Shown here in pieces: positions 19,788 to 29,278 of a DNA stretch of 64,000 nucleotides. A program made the position numbers and the translations under genes. Source of the DNA: an uncultured bacterium. GTDB taxonomy: Bacteria; Patescibacteriota; Doudnabacteria; UBA920. The stretch covers positions 181,738 through 245,737 of the forward strand of contig CAVVMJ010000010.1 of the NCBI GenBank assembly GCA_963749445.1, read 5' to 3'. The notes beneath the pieces were generated by a model. The model saw only the letters and a program-made list of their open reading frames with translations, had not been told where the DNA came from and searched no databases. Positions within the stretch are counted from its first letter, which is position 1, and each line of letters starts with the position of its first letter.

Positions 19788-21080
19788 ATGAGAAAACTTA
19801 ACTCCAATATCCTACCCTGGATTTTGATAGCGCTGATTATAATTGGCGCGGGGATTTTTGCCGCCGTAAAAATCAAGCAAAATAAACCCGCTCCGGTAGC
19901 AAAGCCCAAGAACACTTACCTGGCCTTTACCGACGAAGTCTACGACACCGTCCAAAAAAATTATTGGGACAGCATTTCCAACCAACAACTTACCAAACTT
20001 TATCAGGATGCATCTGACAAACTCCTGGGCAAGCATGTAGCTTTACCGACTCCTGATAAGACCGGGCTGGAAACCATGATGACCCAAGCGATGGCCGGTT
20101 TTACCATCACACAAAAAAACCTCTATACTTCCCTCTTGTCCGCCAACGTCCTAAACAACCTGCCGCCGACCGGCCGCGGCGCGCTTTATACCCAAGCCTC
20201 CCAACAGGCGCTGATGTACGAACTTAACAACATTAACCCCAAACAAAACTTATACGCGGATTTGGGCGTGGCAAACAACGCCAGTCAGCAACAAATCCAA
20301 CAAAGTTATCAACAGCAGTCAACCGACTTAAGCAAACAAAACACGCCCGCGGCCAAACAAAAATTGGCCAAAATCAATAACGCCTACGCCACGCTGGCTA
20401 AACCCGCGAGCAAACAGCTATACGACGCGCAAGGCATCCAGGCCACCATTGTCAGCAAACAAATCCCGCCAAAAATTTTCTACCTGCATTTTGTCCGCTT
20501 TTCGCCGACGACCTCCATTAAAGAATTTACCGATGCGGTCAGCGGCATCAACGGCCAGCCCGATACATTGATTTTTGATTTACGCGGCAACATCGGCGGG
20601 TATTTGGATTTGATTCCCCAAATGCTTGGTTTCTTTGTGGGCCAAAACCAGGTCGCCTACCAATTTCTCCAGCAGGGCAATTACCAGTCATTTATGACTT
20701 CCGCGGATAAGTTGTCCGGCCTGTCGCGTTTTAAAAATATCGTGATATTAATTGACGGCCAGGACGAGTCTTCCACGGAACTGCTGGCCGGTGCGTTTAA
20801 AAAATTCAAAGTCGGGATTTTAGTCGGCAGTAAAACTTTCGGCTGGGGCACGGTGGAAAACGAACAGCCGTTCCCGATTGCGGACCAGTTTGATTTTAAC
20901 CAGGTTTATTCCGTGCACTTAGTCACCAATTTAACTGTAGTCCAAGGGCAGCAGCCGATCCAGGACCGCGGCGTTCTGCCGGATATTGATATTAGCGACA
21001 AAACCTGGCCGGCCAAACTCACCGCGGCAGTTGGCGATGCCGCGATAACGCAAGCGGTAAAAACCATCATCAGCCAATAG
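19788..21080 (+). CDS. S41 family C-terminal processing peptidase with N-terminal membrane anchor and Gln-rich linker
   Basis: IFDLRGNIGGYLD, VILIDGQDESSTELLAGAF, GSKTFGWG blocks typical of S41 (tail-specific protease) catalytic domain. Confidence 0.75.
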   Translation: MRKLNSNILPWILIALIIIGAGIFAAVKIKQNKPAPVAKPKNTYLAFTDEVYDTVQKNYWDSISNQQLTKLYQDASDKLLGKHVALPTPDKTGLETMMTQAMAGFTITQKNLYTSLLSANVLNNLPPTGRGALYTQASQQALMYELNNINPKQNLYADLGVANNASQQQIQQSYQQQSTDLSKQNTPAAKQKLAKINNAYATLAKPASKQLYDAQGIQATIVSKQIPPKIFYLHFVRFSPTTSIKEFTDAVSGINGQPDTLIFDLRGNIGGYLDLIPQMLGFFVGQNQVAYQFLQQGNYQSFMTSADKLSGLSRFKNIVILIDGQDESSTELLAGAFKKFKVGILVGSKTFGWGTVENEQPFPIADQFDFNQVYSVHLVTNLTVVQGQQPIQDRGVLPDIDISDKTWPAKLTAAVGDAAITQAVKTIISQ

Positions 21081-21288
21081 TTTGCTCCAAACTGCAAACG
21101 AAATTGCGAAGAGCCAGGGCTTTGGCTGGCGACGACTTTGTCCGATGAAGTCTTGGCGAAGTCGGAAGCAATTCCGTCTTTGTTGGGATTGCCGCGCCCC
21201 TCTCTGCATCGGGGCTCGCAATTCCCTGATTTTTTTTGGCCCACAATATAATAGGGGCTGTCCGGGTTCTAAGGGCAGCCCGATACAA

Positions 21289-21330
21289 CAAGGGGCATCC
21301 TTGCGCAGCGCAAGGATGCCCCTTGTTTTG
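21289..21330. terminator. bidirectional terminator between convergent S41 peptidase and DUF3048 genes
   Basis: CAAGGGGCATCCTTGCGCAGCGCAAGGATGCCCCTTG TTTTG. Confidence 0.65.
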
Positions 21331-21345
21331 ATATTCTACTTAAGA

Positions 21346-22410
21346 TCAATGCCAAACAACATCCTTCCCAACCGGCACAAGCTCCGCCCAAATCGGCCCG
21401 CGGTTAAAGTTGATTTCTTTACCGTCTTGATCATAATAGCGGGTACGGCCAGAAACCTTTTCCCACGTGCCGATGATAATCTTGCCGTCCTCAAACACAT
21501 CCGCCCTGCCTCCGACTTCTAAATCCAGGCCGATGGACAGCGGCGTGTCGCTTTTGACGGGATAAGTTTTCACGAACTGGACAACAATATTTTTGGCGCT
21601 AATTTGTTTGCCGGTGTCCAAATCTTTGTGCGGCTTGCCGGCCAAAAATCTTGAATAGGAATTATCCAAAATATTATATTTCCACTCCACGACGTAGTCG
21701 TGGGTGGAAAAACTGATGTTTATGTCCGCGGCCGTGGAACTGGCAAAAATTTTCCCTCCCTCCCCCTCCGGGGGAGGGATTGAGGAAGAGGGGCTGTCGT
21801 CTTTAAATCGCCACGGCTGATAAATCGTCGCGTCAGAGAAGAACTGACGGGCACCAATCAGCTTGTCCAATTTATCAATCGACGTGTAAACGTTATGCGG
21901 CATAGTGCGCCAAGTAACACGCTGGAAATACGGGTCGTTAAAAAATTGGTCAGCGTCGCTGATGTTTGGGTAATCGCCCGCTTTGATATTTGCCAAAGCA
22001 TCTGAGTTGCCGCCCACGTGCGCAAAAACCGCACCCCATTCGTCCGCAATTTCGGCAAAATACGTCCTCGCGCTTCGCACCGGCCCGATGTTTTTGGCCG
22101 CTTTACTTTGGTATAGCGCCAAAAACCGCGTAATGCCACCCTCGGTCGGGGCTTCGTAAACCACATCGGCGTCCAAAAGGCCCGACTGCGGCCTGGCGTA
22201 GGGGTAGTTTTCCACCATCACGCCAATGGGGCGCCGCCCTGCAATTTGTCCCTCAACTTTTTGCCCGTCCATAGCCAAAAACTCCTCGGGCCGCGCCGAA
22301 ATCTTTACAACCTGATTTTGCCGATCAATGCCAGCTTTATGCCCCCGATCCCAGAACCAAAAAATGATTGCGCAAAACAAAATTAGCGCAACCAAAATGC
22401 GTTTTTCCAT
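21346..22410 (-). CDS. DUF3048 domain protein (YerB-like), membrane anchored
   Basis: IGVMVENYPYARPQSGL...VVYEAPTEGGITRFLALY matches DUF3048; start taken at MEKRILVALILF; contains a small in-frame palindrome CCTCCCTCCCCCTCCGGGGGAGGGATTGAGG. Confidence 0.7.
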   Translation of the reverse strand: MEKRILVALILFCAIIFWFWDRGHKAGIDRQNQVVKISARPEEFLAMDGQKVEGQIAGRRPIGVMVENYPYARPQSGLLDADVVYEAPTEGGITRFLALYQSKAAKNIGPVRSARTYFAEIADEWGAVFAHVGGNSDALANIKAGDYPNISDADQFFNDPYFQRVTWRTMPHNVYTSIDKLDKLIGARQFFSDATIYQPWRFKDDSPSSSIPPPEGEGGKIFASSTAADINISFSTHDYVVEWKYNILDNSYSRFLAGKPHKDLDTGKQISAKNIVVQFVKTYPVKSDTPLSIGLDLEVGGRADVFEDGKIIIGTWEKVSGRTRYYDQDGKEINFNRGPIWAELVPVGKDVVWH

Positions 22411-22426
22411 AAAAGGTTCTTTATAT

Positions 22427-22612
22427 TTAGGCCTCGTGAGTGGGCTGCTCGGCGCCGGTATTGTTAGGATTAGCCAAAGCTTCGGCATGCTGCCCGTCAG
22501 TGCAATGACAAATGGCCATAGGCAATTCGTACTTAATGCAACCTTTCAGTTGGCAGGCCGCCGGCTCATCCGACACCCCATCGCACCCGCCGGTACAAAC
22601 ATAATGAGTCAT
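22427..22612 (-). CDS. small Cys-rich protein (possible metal-binding), unknown function
   Basis: MTHYVCTGGCDGVSDEPAACQLKGCIKYELPMAICHCTDGQH: six Cys in 40 aa; preceded by a tandem TTGACA-containing repeat array. Confidence 0.4.
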   Translation of the reverse strand: MTHYVCTGGCDGVSDEPAACQLKGCIKYELPMAICHCTDGQHAEALANPNNTGAEQPTHEA

Positions 22613-22700
22613 AAAAGTATTGACATGATTGACATGATTGAACAAAATTGACAAAATTGACAAAATTGCCAATCCTAAATCATGTCAATCATTTAAATCT
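22613..22700. promoter_or_regulatory. tandem direct-repeat array (3x AAAATTGAC, 2-3x ATTGACATG, 2x ATCTTTTAA) upstream of Cys-rich ORF
   Basis: TATTGACATGATTGACATGATTGAACAAAATTGACAAAATTGACAAAATTGCC...ATCATTTAAATCTTTTAAATCTTGCTC. Confidence 0.4.
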
Positions 22701-22721
22701 TTTAAATCTTGCTCAATTCGC

Positions 22722-23135
22722 CTACCTCCACGCTCCCAAAATCGCGCCCATGACCAGCATGGTCACGAGCATATTGCCGCAACTGATCCAAAACAGCGCC
22801 TGTTTGCCGCCCCAAAGGCTGTCGCTGAACTTAATCGGCAGCACAAAACCGAGCCATGCCAAAAAACCTAACTTCACGCCGCCCAGCCAGGTCATAACGC
22901 CGAGCCTGCTGATAAAAACCGCCACCACGGTCGCCATCACCAAGCCGCCGATGAAATGCCAAAAATATATGGCGCCGACGCTCCTTTTCATGCCTTCCAT
23001 TTTGGCTTTGTCGTTCGGATCCCAGCCCAAAGCGTGCATCCACTTTTGGCCGAACAGCGGCCCATACCAAAACGCGCCAATGAGCAAAGCCGCCAAGGAC
23101 GACACCAATATCGCCCACCAATTAACAGAGATCAT
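22722..23135 (-). CDS. DUF1761-like small integral membrane protein
   Basis: 137 aa, four predicted TM helices, WYGPLFG and WHFIGGLVMA-type conserved stretches. Confidence 0.6.
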   Translation of the reverse strand: MISVNWWAILVSSLAALLIGAFWYGPLFGQKWMHALGWDPNDKAKMEGMKRSVGAIYFWHFIGGLVMATVVAVFISRLGVMTWLGGVKLGFLAWLGFVLPIKFSDSLWGGKQALFWISCGNMLVTMLVMGAILGAWR

Positions 23136-23256
23136 TATTTCAATTCACCCCCTTTCACAAATGCGAAAATTACGTGCGAAACTACGAAATCACTTCGAAA
23201 ACTATTTCGTAATTTTTTCGCAGATTCGCATACTTTTCGCAGTTTCGTATTTTAAA

Positions 23257-25065
23257 TTAATGGCCGAAAAATCCTCTGGCTAAACTGTCCGGCAATAAAC
23301 AAAGGCTGATGTTTTTATCTTTGCAAAACTTTTTAATTTCAGGGTCGCGCACACTGCCGCTTGTGGCTATTATAGCACAAATCCCGGCTTTTGCCAAAAC
23401 TTCCACCCCGTCCACGAACGGGAAAAAACTGTCGCTGTAGGCCACCGCGCCTTTGGTTTGATGTCCCGCGTCCAGGGCCCGTTTGATGGCCAACTGGCAG
23501 CAGCCGACTCTGTCCTGCTGCCCCACACCGTTGCCGATTAACATCCCGTCTTTGACCAAAGTGACAGTGTTGCTGTTGCTGGTGGAACCGATTGCCCAGG
23601 CCAAAAGCATATCGGATTTTTGCTGATCGGATAATTTGCCGATAAACTCCGGCCGAGGGTTCCCCTCGGTTTCCGAACGGCTCCGGTCCGAGGGGAACCC
23701 TCGGGTCAAATCCAAAACAAAATCATAATTCGGCTGGGCCAAAAACCCGCCGCGCACATAACGGAACCGACGATGGCTATCCGGCGAGTTTTTTGACAGA
23801 TTCCCCAGCGCGGGGTTTACCAAAAACCGGCACTTGTCGCCTTTGCGTTTTAACATTCTGACCGCTCCTTCGGTAAAGGATGGAGCAATAATCCCATCAA
23901 GCAACCTCCGCGGCTTGCCCGCCGAAGCTTCAGCGAAGGTGGGAGCTTTCCCCTCCTTTTCAAGGAGGGGTCCGGCCGAAGGCCGGGGGGTGGTTGGAGC
24001 CATCCGATGTGTAAGCAATATTTCCGCCAATTTTTCGTCAACCAAAAAATTTACCATCACCAGCCCGCCAAAAATCGCGCGCAAATCCCCTTCCAGCATT
24101 TTTTGGATGGCCGATGACGGCGTATCGGAAACCGCCGCACCGCACGGGTTGCCGTGCTTTACCCCCAAAGCTATATTCATTATTCCCTTCCCCCTCTGGG
24201 GGAAGGTGGCCGTGAGGCGGCCGGATGAGGGTTTTATTACGGATTGCAACAAAGTGGGATTGCAGTCAAACCCTGCCGCAATGTGCGTTATGGTCTGCAG
24301 CAATCTGTCCACGTCCGCCCAGTTGTTGTAACTTACCGGCATGCCGGCCAATAATCGGAATTTCGATAGCGATAATTCATCACTATCTGAAATCGCATAC
24401 AATCCCGCCGGCGTCTGGCATGCATTCTCGCCATATTTACAAATTGCGGCGCGGTGACCAACCATTCCTTCGTATTCGCCCGCTCCGTGATAGCGCGCGG
24501 ACGACAAACAGTACTCCGCCACAATAAATTCCGCTTTAGCTGCAAGCTGGTCCAAAAATTTTTCTTTATCAGGCTTGCCGTTTTTTAACCAGCTGATGAC
24601 TGCCACCCTGTCGTCCGGATCACAAACGACGATTCTTCTTCCCTTGGCCGCGCTCCGGAGCATTGTCGGCCCGCCAATGTCAGTCTTTTCGATAACAGCT
24701 TCCCTGGCCTTTGCCGATCCGACTTCCGATTTTCCGATTTTTCCGATTTCTTCCGACAACGGATACAAATCCACGCACACCAAATCTATCCACGGGATTT
24801 TTAATCGATTTAATTCCTGCCGATCTTCATCGGTATCCCGCGCCAAAAGCCCGGCGTGGACTTCGCGCGACAACGTGACTACGCGATGACCCAAAATCGC
24901 CTTACCGCCGGCCAAAGAAGCCACATCAGTCACTTTAATTCCTGCGTCTGACAAAGCTTTGGCTGTCCCTCCGCTCGCCAAAATTTTAAATCCCAAATCC
25001 GCCAACTCTTTGGCAAATTCCACAATCCCGTCTTTATTATAAACCGAAATCAGTGCGGTTTTCAT
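23257..25065 (-). CDS. purH: bifunctional AICAR transformylase / IMP cyclohydrolase, with several in-frame repeat-encoded insertions
   Basis: 602 aa; N-terminal MGS-like domain (MKTALISVYNKDGIVEFAKELADLGFKILASGGTAKAL) and AICARFT domain; about 80 aa longer than typical because of insertions at 23653..23706, 23941..24000, 24170..24235, 24711..24760. Confidence 0.9.
   Translation of the reverse strand: MKTALISVYNKDGIVEFAKELADLGFKILASGGTAKALSDAGIKVTDVASLAGGKAILGHRVVTLSREVHAGLLARDTDEDRQELNRLKIPWIDLVCVDLYPLSEEIGKIGKSEVGSAKAREAVIEKTDIGGPTMLRSAAKGRRIVVCDPDDRVAVISWLKNGKPDKEKFLDQLAAKAEFIVAEYCLSSARYHGAGEYEGMVGHRAAICKYGENACQTPAGLYAISDSDELSLSKFRLLAGMPVSYNNWADVDRLLQTITHIAAGFDCNPTLLQSVIKPSSGRLTATFPQRGKGIMNIALGVKHGNPCGAAVSDTPSSAIQKMLEGDLRAIFGGLVMVNFLVDEKLAEILLTHRMAPTTPRPSAGPLLEKEGKAPTFAEASAGKPRRLLDGIIAPSFTEGAVRMLKRKGDKCRFLVNPALGNLSKNSPDSHRRFRYVRGGFLAQPNYDFVLDLTRGFPSDRSRSETEGNPRPEFIGKLSDQQKSDMLLAWAIGSTSNSNTVTLVKDGMLIGNGVGQQDRVGCCQLAIKRALDAGHQTKGAVAYSDSFFPFVDGVEVLAKAGICAIIATSGSVRDPEIKKFCKDKNISLCLLPDSLARGFFGH
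23941..24000. repeat. R1 half-repeat (B) in frame inside purH
   Basis: GGGAGCTTTCCCCTCCTTTTCAAGGAGGGGTCCGGCCGAAGGCCGGGGGGTGGTTGGAG encodes APTTPRPSAGPLLEKEGKAP. Confidence 0.8.
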
Positions 25066-25114
25066 AATTGGACAAATCCTATCATCCTACAGTGCATAGT
25101 AGGTTCTGACTATT

Positions 25115-25651
25115 TTAATTTTTCATTCCCTTCCATTCCCGGTCTAAAATCGACATATGCAAAACGTCGTAAAATCTTTTTTGGTACGCATTGTGTTCGC
25201 GCAATCGGCCTTCCAGCTTAAAACCCAGGCGCTTATAGACTTTAATCGCTCGCGGATTGTAAACCATTACATCCAATTCTATACGGTGCAATTTTAATTT
25301 CTTAAAGCCAAAATTGATCATGGTCTTGCCGGCGTCGGTGCCAAAGCCCTTATTCCAATATTTTTTGTCGCCGATGACAATTCCGAACACGGCGCGCCGG
25401 TTCGGCACATTTATATCCAAACTGACCGAGCCTATATGCCTACGCTCCAAAGTTTCTATGGTAAAATTTTTCTTTACTTTACTGTCTTTTTTATTCTGAC
25501 TAATCCACTTTCTCTCTTTGCTCAAAGTCAAACGCCGGTCGTGCGCCTGTAAAAATCGATGAACCTCTTTGTCATTCAACCACTTCACAAACCGCGGAGC
25601 GTCGCTCATTTTTATCGGCCGCAAAATGACTTTTTCACCTTTTAAAATCAT
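25115..25651 (-). CDS. GNAT family N-acetyltransferase (RimJ/RimL-like)
   Basis: 178 aa; acetyl-CoA binding region R..G.G...F-type motif, EGRLREHNAYQKRFYDVLHMSIL C-terminal block. Confidence 0.75.
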   Translation of the reverse strand: MILKGEKVILRPIKMSDAPRFVKWLNDKEVHRFLQAHDRRLTLSKERKWISQNKKDSKVKKNFTIETLERRHIGSVSLDINVPNRRAVFGIVIGDKKYWNKGFGTDAGKTMINFGFKKLKLHRIELDVMVYNPRAIKVYKRLGFKLEGRLREHNAYQKRFYDVLHMSILDREWKGMKN

Positions 25652-25725
25652 GGCTTTATTTTATTATAGCAAAAAATACCTTTTTAGGCATTTCCAATCC
25701 TCTGTTATCTTTTACTAAAAATCCT

Positions 25726-25763
25726 AGTGATTGCTTTTTTGACGGCCGTCAAAAAAGCAATCA
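25726..25763. terminator. perfect 16-bp palindrome, terminator-like, after maf
   Basis: AGTGATTGCTTTTTTGACGGCCGTCAAAAAAGCAATCACT. Confidence 0.5.
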
Positions 25764-25764
25764 C

Positions 25765-26337
25765 TCATTTGAATACGCCAAATTTTTTTAACATCTTTTG
25801 CAAAACATCCAGCGGCAAGCCCACCACCGCGCTGTAGTCGCCAATAATTTTTTTGATTAGCCCGGCTCCCCTGTCCTGCACGGCGTAAGCCCCGGCCCGG
25901 TCCATGGGCTCGCCCGTGGCAATGTAATTTTGGATTCCCTGACGGCTTAATTTGCGAAAATAAATTTTGCTTTTGACTACGCGAATCTGTTTTTTCTTAA
26001 TCGATGAATCAACCACCGCAACCGCGGTATAAATGTAATTTGAACGGCCGCTCAATTTCCGTAACATCAAAATAGCACCAGCTCCATCCTTAGGTTTGCC
26101 AAACACCTTTCCTTTATAAACGACAATCGTGTCCGCGCCAATCACAATCGCCTTAGGATATTTTTTTGCCACAGCTTCGGCTTTGCCCAAAGCCAAAAAT
26201 TTGACCAAAGCTTCCGGTTTTAAATGCTTATGGTGAATTTCCCGATAATTGCTCTCCGCCACCTTAAACGGCAGCCCCAAGTGCATCATCAAGGCTTTTC
26301 GGCGCGGCGAGGTGGAAGCTAGAATTATCGATCTCAT
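25765..26337 (-). CDS. maf: Maf-like nucleoside triphosphate pyrophosphatase
   Basis: 190 aa; ILASTSPRRKALM, GADTIV, RAGAYAVQ motifs of Maf/YhdE family. Confidence 0.85.
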   Translation of the reverse strand: MRSIILASTSPRRKALMMHLGLPFKVAESNYREIHHKHLKPEALVKFLALGKAEAVAKKYPKAIVIGADTIVVYKGKVFGKPKDGAGAILMLRKLSGRSNYIYTAVAVVDSSIKKKQIRVVKSKIYFRKLSRQGIQNYIATGEPMDRAGAYAVQDRGAGLIKKIIGDYSAVVGLPLDVLQKMLKKFGVFK

Positions 26338-26366
26338 AACGTCATTATAACATTTTCTCTAAATTT

Positions 26367-26394
26367 TTGACGGGAACGGAATTTATGCTATTAT
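26367..26394 (+). promoter_or_regulatory. candidate sigma70 promoter for membrane-protein gene
   Basis: TTGACG (26367..26372), 16 nt spacer, TATTAT (26389..26394); GGAAAGGA RBS before ATG at 26430. Confidence 0.45.
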
Positions 26395-26429
26395 TCCCAT
26401 ATCACATCATTCATTGGGAAAGGAAAAAT

Positions 26430-27116
26430 ATGACAAAATGGTTTGGGAAAAAAAGTTTGCTTTTTATCGGCATTTTCGCCGTACTGGGTTTTTTGGCCCT
26501 GCAGGTGCCGCTGACCCATTTGGTCGGCTCCAAAGCGACCTTTACGGTCTTTGATGCCTTTGGGCCCATTGCCACAGGTTTTATCGGCACCCTGCCGGGA
26601 ATTATTGCCGTGGCTTTAATGCAACTGCTGAATTTTTTGGTTCACGGTTCCAGAGTGCTTGATGCCGGCACCGTAATCCGCTTTTTCCCCATGCTGTTTG
26701 CCGCGTTCTATTTTGGCAAAAACACCAAACTCAATTTTATTATTCCGGCGCTGGCGATTATCATCTTTAACCTCAACCCCGTCGGCCGCTCGGCTTGGAT
26801 TTATTCCATGTTTTGGTTAATCCCAATAGTTTGCTACTTTTTCTACGAAAAATCTTTGCTGGCCAAGAGCCTGGGCGCGACCTTTACCGCGCACGCGGTC
26901 GGCGGCGCTATGTGGGTTTGGGCGTTCGGCCTTTCCAAGGCAATGTGGCTGGCTTTGATTCCGATTACGGCCATTGAACGCTCCGCATTTACCTTGGGCA
27001 TCGCCGCTACCTATCTGGTTACCAACAACGTCTTAAATTTTTTGGTGCAAAAGAAAATCGTCAAATGGGATTTTTTGGTCAACCAAAAGTATGCATTAAA
27101 ATGGAAAACCGCCTAA
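26430..27116 (+). CDS. polytopic membrane protein (possibly ECF-transporter S-component-like)
   Basis: about 228 aa from MTKWFGKK; 6 predicted TM helices; track ORF begins at an upstream TTG. Confidence 0.5.
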   Translation: MTKWFGKKSLLFIGIFAVLGFLALQVPLTHLVGSKATFTVFDAFGPIATGFIGTLPGIIAVALMQLLNFLVHGSRVLDAGTVIRFFPMLFAAFYFGKNTKLNFIIPALAIIIFNLNPVGRSAWIYSMFWLIPIVCYFFYEKSLLAKSLGATFTAHAVGGAMWVWAFGLSKAMWLALIPITAIERSAFTLGIAATYLVTNNVLNFLVQKKIVKWDFLVNQKYALKWKTA

Positions 27117-27124
27117 GCCGCTTA

Positions 27125-27159
27125 AACCCCGGAAAGTTCCGGGGTTTTAAATTTTTTTT
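27125..27159 (+). terminator. intrinsic terminator
   Basis: AACCCCGGAAAGTTCCGGGGTT TTAAATTTTTTTTG. Confidence 0.75.
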
Positions 27160-27212
27160 GATTGTTCTCGACAAGCTCAAACAATATTGTTAAAATATCG
27201 GTATCAATTTAT

Positions 27213-27286
27213 CGGGATGTAGTATAGTGGTAGTACGCATGCATGGGGTGCATGTAGTCCGAGTCCGATTCTCGGCATCCCGACCA
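27213..27286 (+). tRNA. tRNA-Pro (anticodon GGG)
   Basis: Hand-folded cloverleaf: acceptor CGGGATG/CATCCCG with C1:G72, discriminator A73, D-arm GTAT-AGTGGTA-GTAC, anticodon arm CATGC-ATGGGGT-GCATG, T-arm CCGAG-TCCGATT-CTCGG, encoded CCA. Confidence 0.85.
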
Positions 27287-27287
27287 G

Positions 27288-27470
27288 CCTTCGCCAAGAC
27301 TACGGCTAGCTTGTGCCAGCAGCAGGTTTGTCGAAGTTTGGATAGAATATAAAATCAAATTGTAGTGAAGGCTGCGCGCCGAAGTTAGACGAAGGCGGGC
27401 CAAGATGGTTTAAATTAGCCGCCATTCTGGCGGCTTTTGAATTTATCCGCCTTCGCCAAGGCTACGGCGG
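27288..27470. repeat. direct repeats CCTTCGCCAAG(A/G)CTACGGC flanking a 140-bp segment directly 3' of tRNA-Pro
   Basis: GCCTTCGCCAAGACTACGGCTAG at 27288 and GCCTTCGCCAAGGCTACGGCGGA at 27448; att-site-like. Confidence 0.5.
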
Positions 27471-28203
27471 ATTGTTCTCTATAAATAAATTAAATTTGTG
27501 AACAAAAACTGGTGCCCCGGGAACCACTCTACCGATCAATACGATCGGCGTTTAGTGGACCCGGGGCGCATTCAAAGCTATGCGGTAACTCTCGTACCGT
27601 TGGCGGCACGAGTGATATGCTTTACAAACCTCGCGGCCCCTTTACTCGGAAGGAAAGGCGGCTCGCAAGAATACCTTTGGTTGTAAAGGGAAATATATCG
27701 CCGCTCGAGATTATGGAAGATAGCCAGCTCTTCCTCGGTCGGAACGCGCTTGTAGCGCGCTATTCTTAATATCGTACCGACCATCTCTTGTTCCAGCGAC
27801 GTAACTTCCCGGTATTCAACCGGCGGATACCACACGGCGCGCATCGTTTCCTCCTTTCTGCACACCGAATTGCGATCAAACTTTAATTGCAATTCGCTAT
27901 ACAAAAAATAAATCCGCCTTTCGGGCGGGGTGGAAGTTTCCGATTTCTTGATATCTCTAAATTTCCAACCTGCCCTTTTTGCCAACATTAACAACAACCC
28001 CGACGACGAGGTTAAGGATGTTAATGATTTGGGTGGGTAAATAATTCATGGTTGTATTCTATATTGCAAAAAAAATAAACTGATAAAGTGAAATAAAAAT
28101 TTTAGAAATAGCGTGCCGAGGAACCACGCTGTACGAAAGACTTTGAAATAATCTTAGTCAGTATACAGCGGGCTCCCCGGCGGCTTGCGGGAGAAAAAGC
28201 GCA

Positions 28204-28521
28204 TCAGGCGTGAGCGGTAACGAACTGGGCCAAACGAACGGCTCGAGGGACGCCATGCCCTCGGATCTGTCCGGCTTGATGGTGCTTTTCCGACTTGATG
28301 CTATCCGCATATTTCCGGATCATCGTCCGGGTTACCGGTAAAGCTTTCAGCTTAAAACCGATCCTCCTATGAAGCTCTTGATGCACCTTGAACAAATGAT
28401 CGGAATGCGGATTGTGCATCTTGTGGCGCAGGTTCCGCCGTTCTACCAACAAACGGAACGCCTTTGCCGCCGGACTATCGTCCGGCTTCTCCTTATCAGG
28501 CCAAATATCCTGAATCTTCAT
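28204..28521 (-). CDS. hypothetical protein (in low-coding region after tRNA-Pro)
   Basis: basic His-rich 105 aa ORF from MKIQDIWPDKEK; no recognisable motifs. Confidence 0.3.
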   Translation of the reverse strand: MKIQDIWPDKEKPDDSPAAKAFRLLVERRNLRHKMHNPHSDHLFKVHQELHRRIGFKLKALPVTRTMIRKYADSIKSEKHHQAGQIRGHGVPRAVRLAQFVTAHA

Positions 28522-29218
28522 CGATTGCCCTCCTTGGCAACTGGATCCCTCTTCTGCATCAGCAAAAGAGGATACTACACCGCACAACGACGGCCTTAGA
28601 ATTGGACGGGTCAGGGCTTATCCCAATCTTTCCCATGCTCTCAACCGTACTTGGTCGTGAACTGAATCGGGACATGCCCTAATCAGACATTACATCCACG
28701 ATCGTTCCGCAATTGAGCACATTTGCCAACTTGGTAAGTCGGCGGGAAAAACTGAGCACCCCTTTTCTCGGAGAATGAGGTATTATTGCATCCGAGCCTT
28801 TGACCCGTAATCTTTTGAGCATTGCTGCTCAGAAAATTTTATCCAATTCTTTTAGATAAAAATTCCTAAGCACCATCCTCTGCCCAACAAAATACCTAGC
28901 CTTCTCGTTTTGGCTAGGTTGGTGTTTGTTCTAAATTCCGTTTAACTTTTTCCCCTTCAAACCCCACCTAGCCCGTCCCAAACATAGCCCTTAACAAAAA
29001 GGACCGGGCGGACGACAATGGTGGTGGAAAGGTTTTTATACATTCTTGTACTGGTTAACTGATACAAGTATACAACAAACTGGCAAATTGTCAATATATT
29101 TATAAATTTGGCTTAAATAAAAGACTAATTTTATATGATGGCGTAATACTTAATGAAAATTTATTGGTTATCCCCAATCACGAACAATATATTCGGCTAT
29201 CCTGTTATTCGGTTATAC

Positions 29219-29278
29219 GCGGAGCTTCCCCTCCTGCCAAGGAGGGGTGTCGCGCGAAGCGTGACGGGGTGGTTGGAG
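29219..29278. repeat. R1 terminal inverted repeat (B) abutting stop of DUF559 gene
   Basis: GCGGAGCTTCCCCTCCTGCCAAGGAGGGGTGTCGCGCGAAGCGTGACGGGGTGGTTGGAG. Confidence 0.85.

Noticed and set aside
27287-29218. tmRNA, RNase P RNA or SRP RNA in the non-coding region after tRNA-Pro (and in 13230-14007)
   Set aside because: None of the hallmark conserved blocks (GGAAAGUCCGG for RNase P, the tRNA-like GGUUCGA.UCC...CCA end with a tag reading frame for tmRNA, the AGGUCCGGAAGGAAGCAGC-type SRP domain IV) could be found on either strand by eye; left as unassigned.
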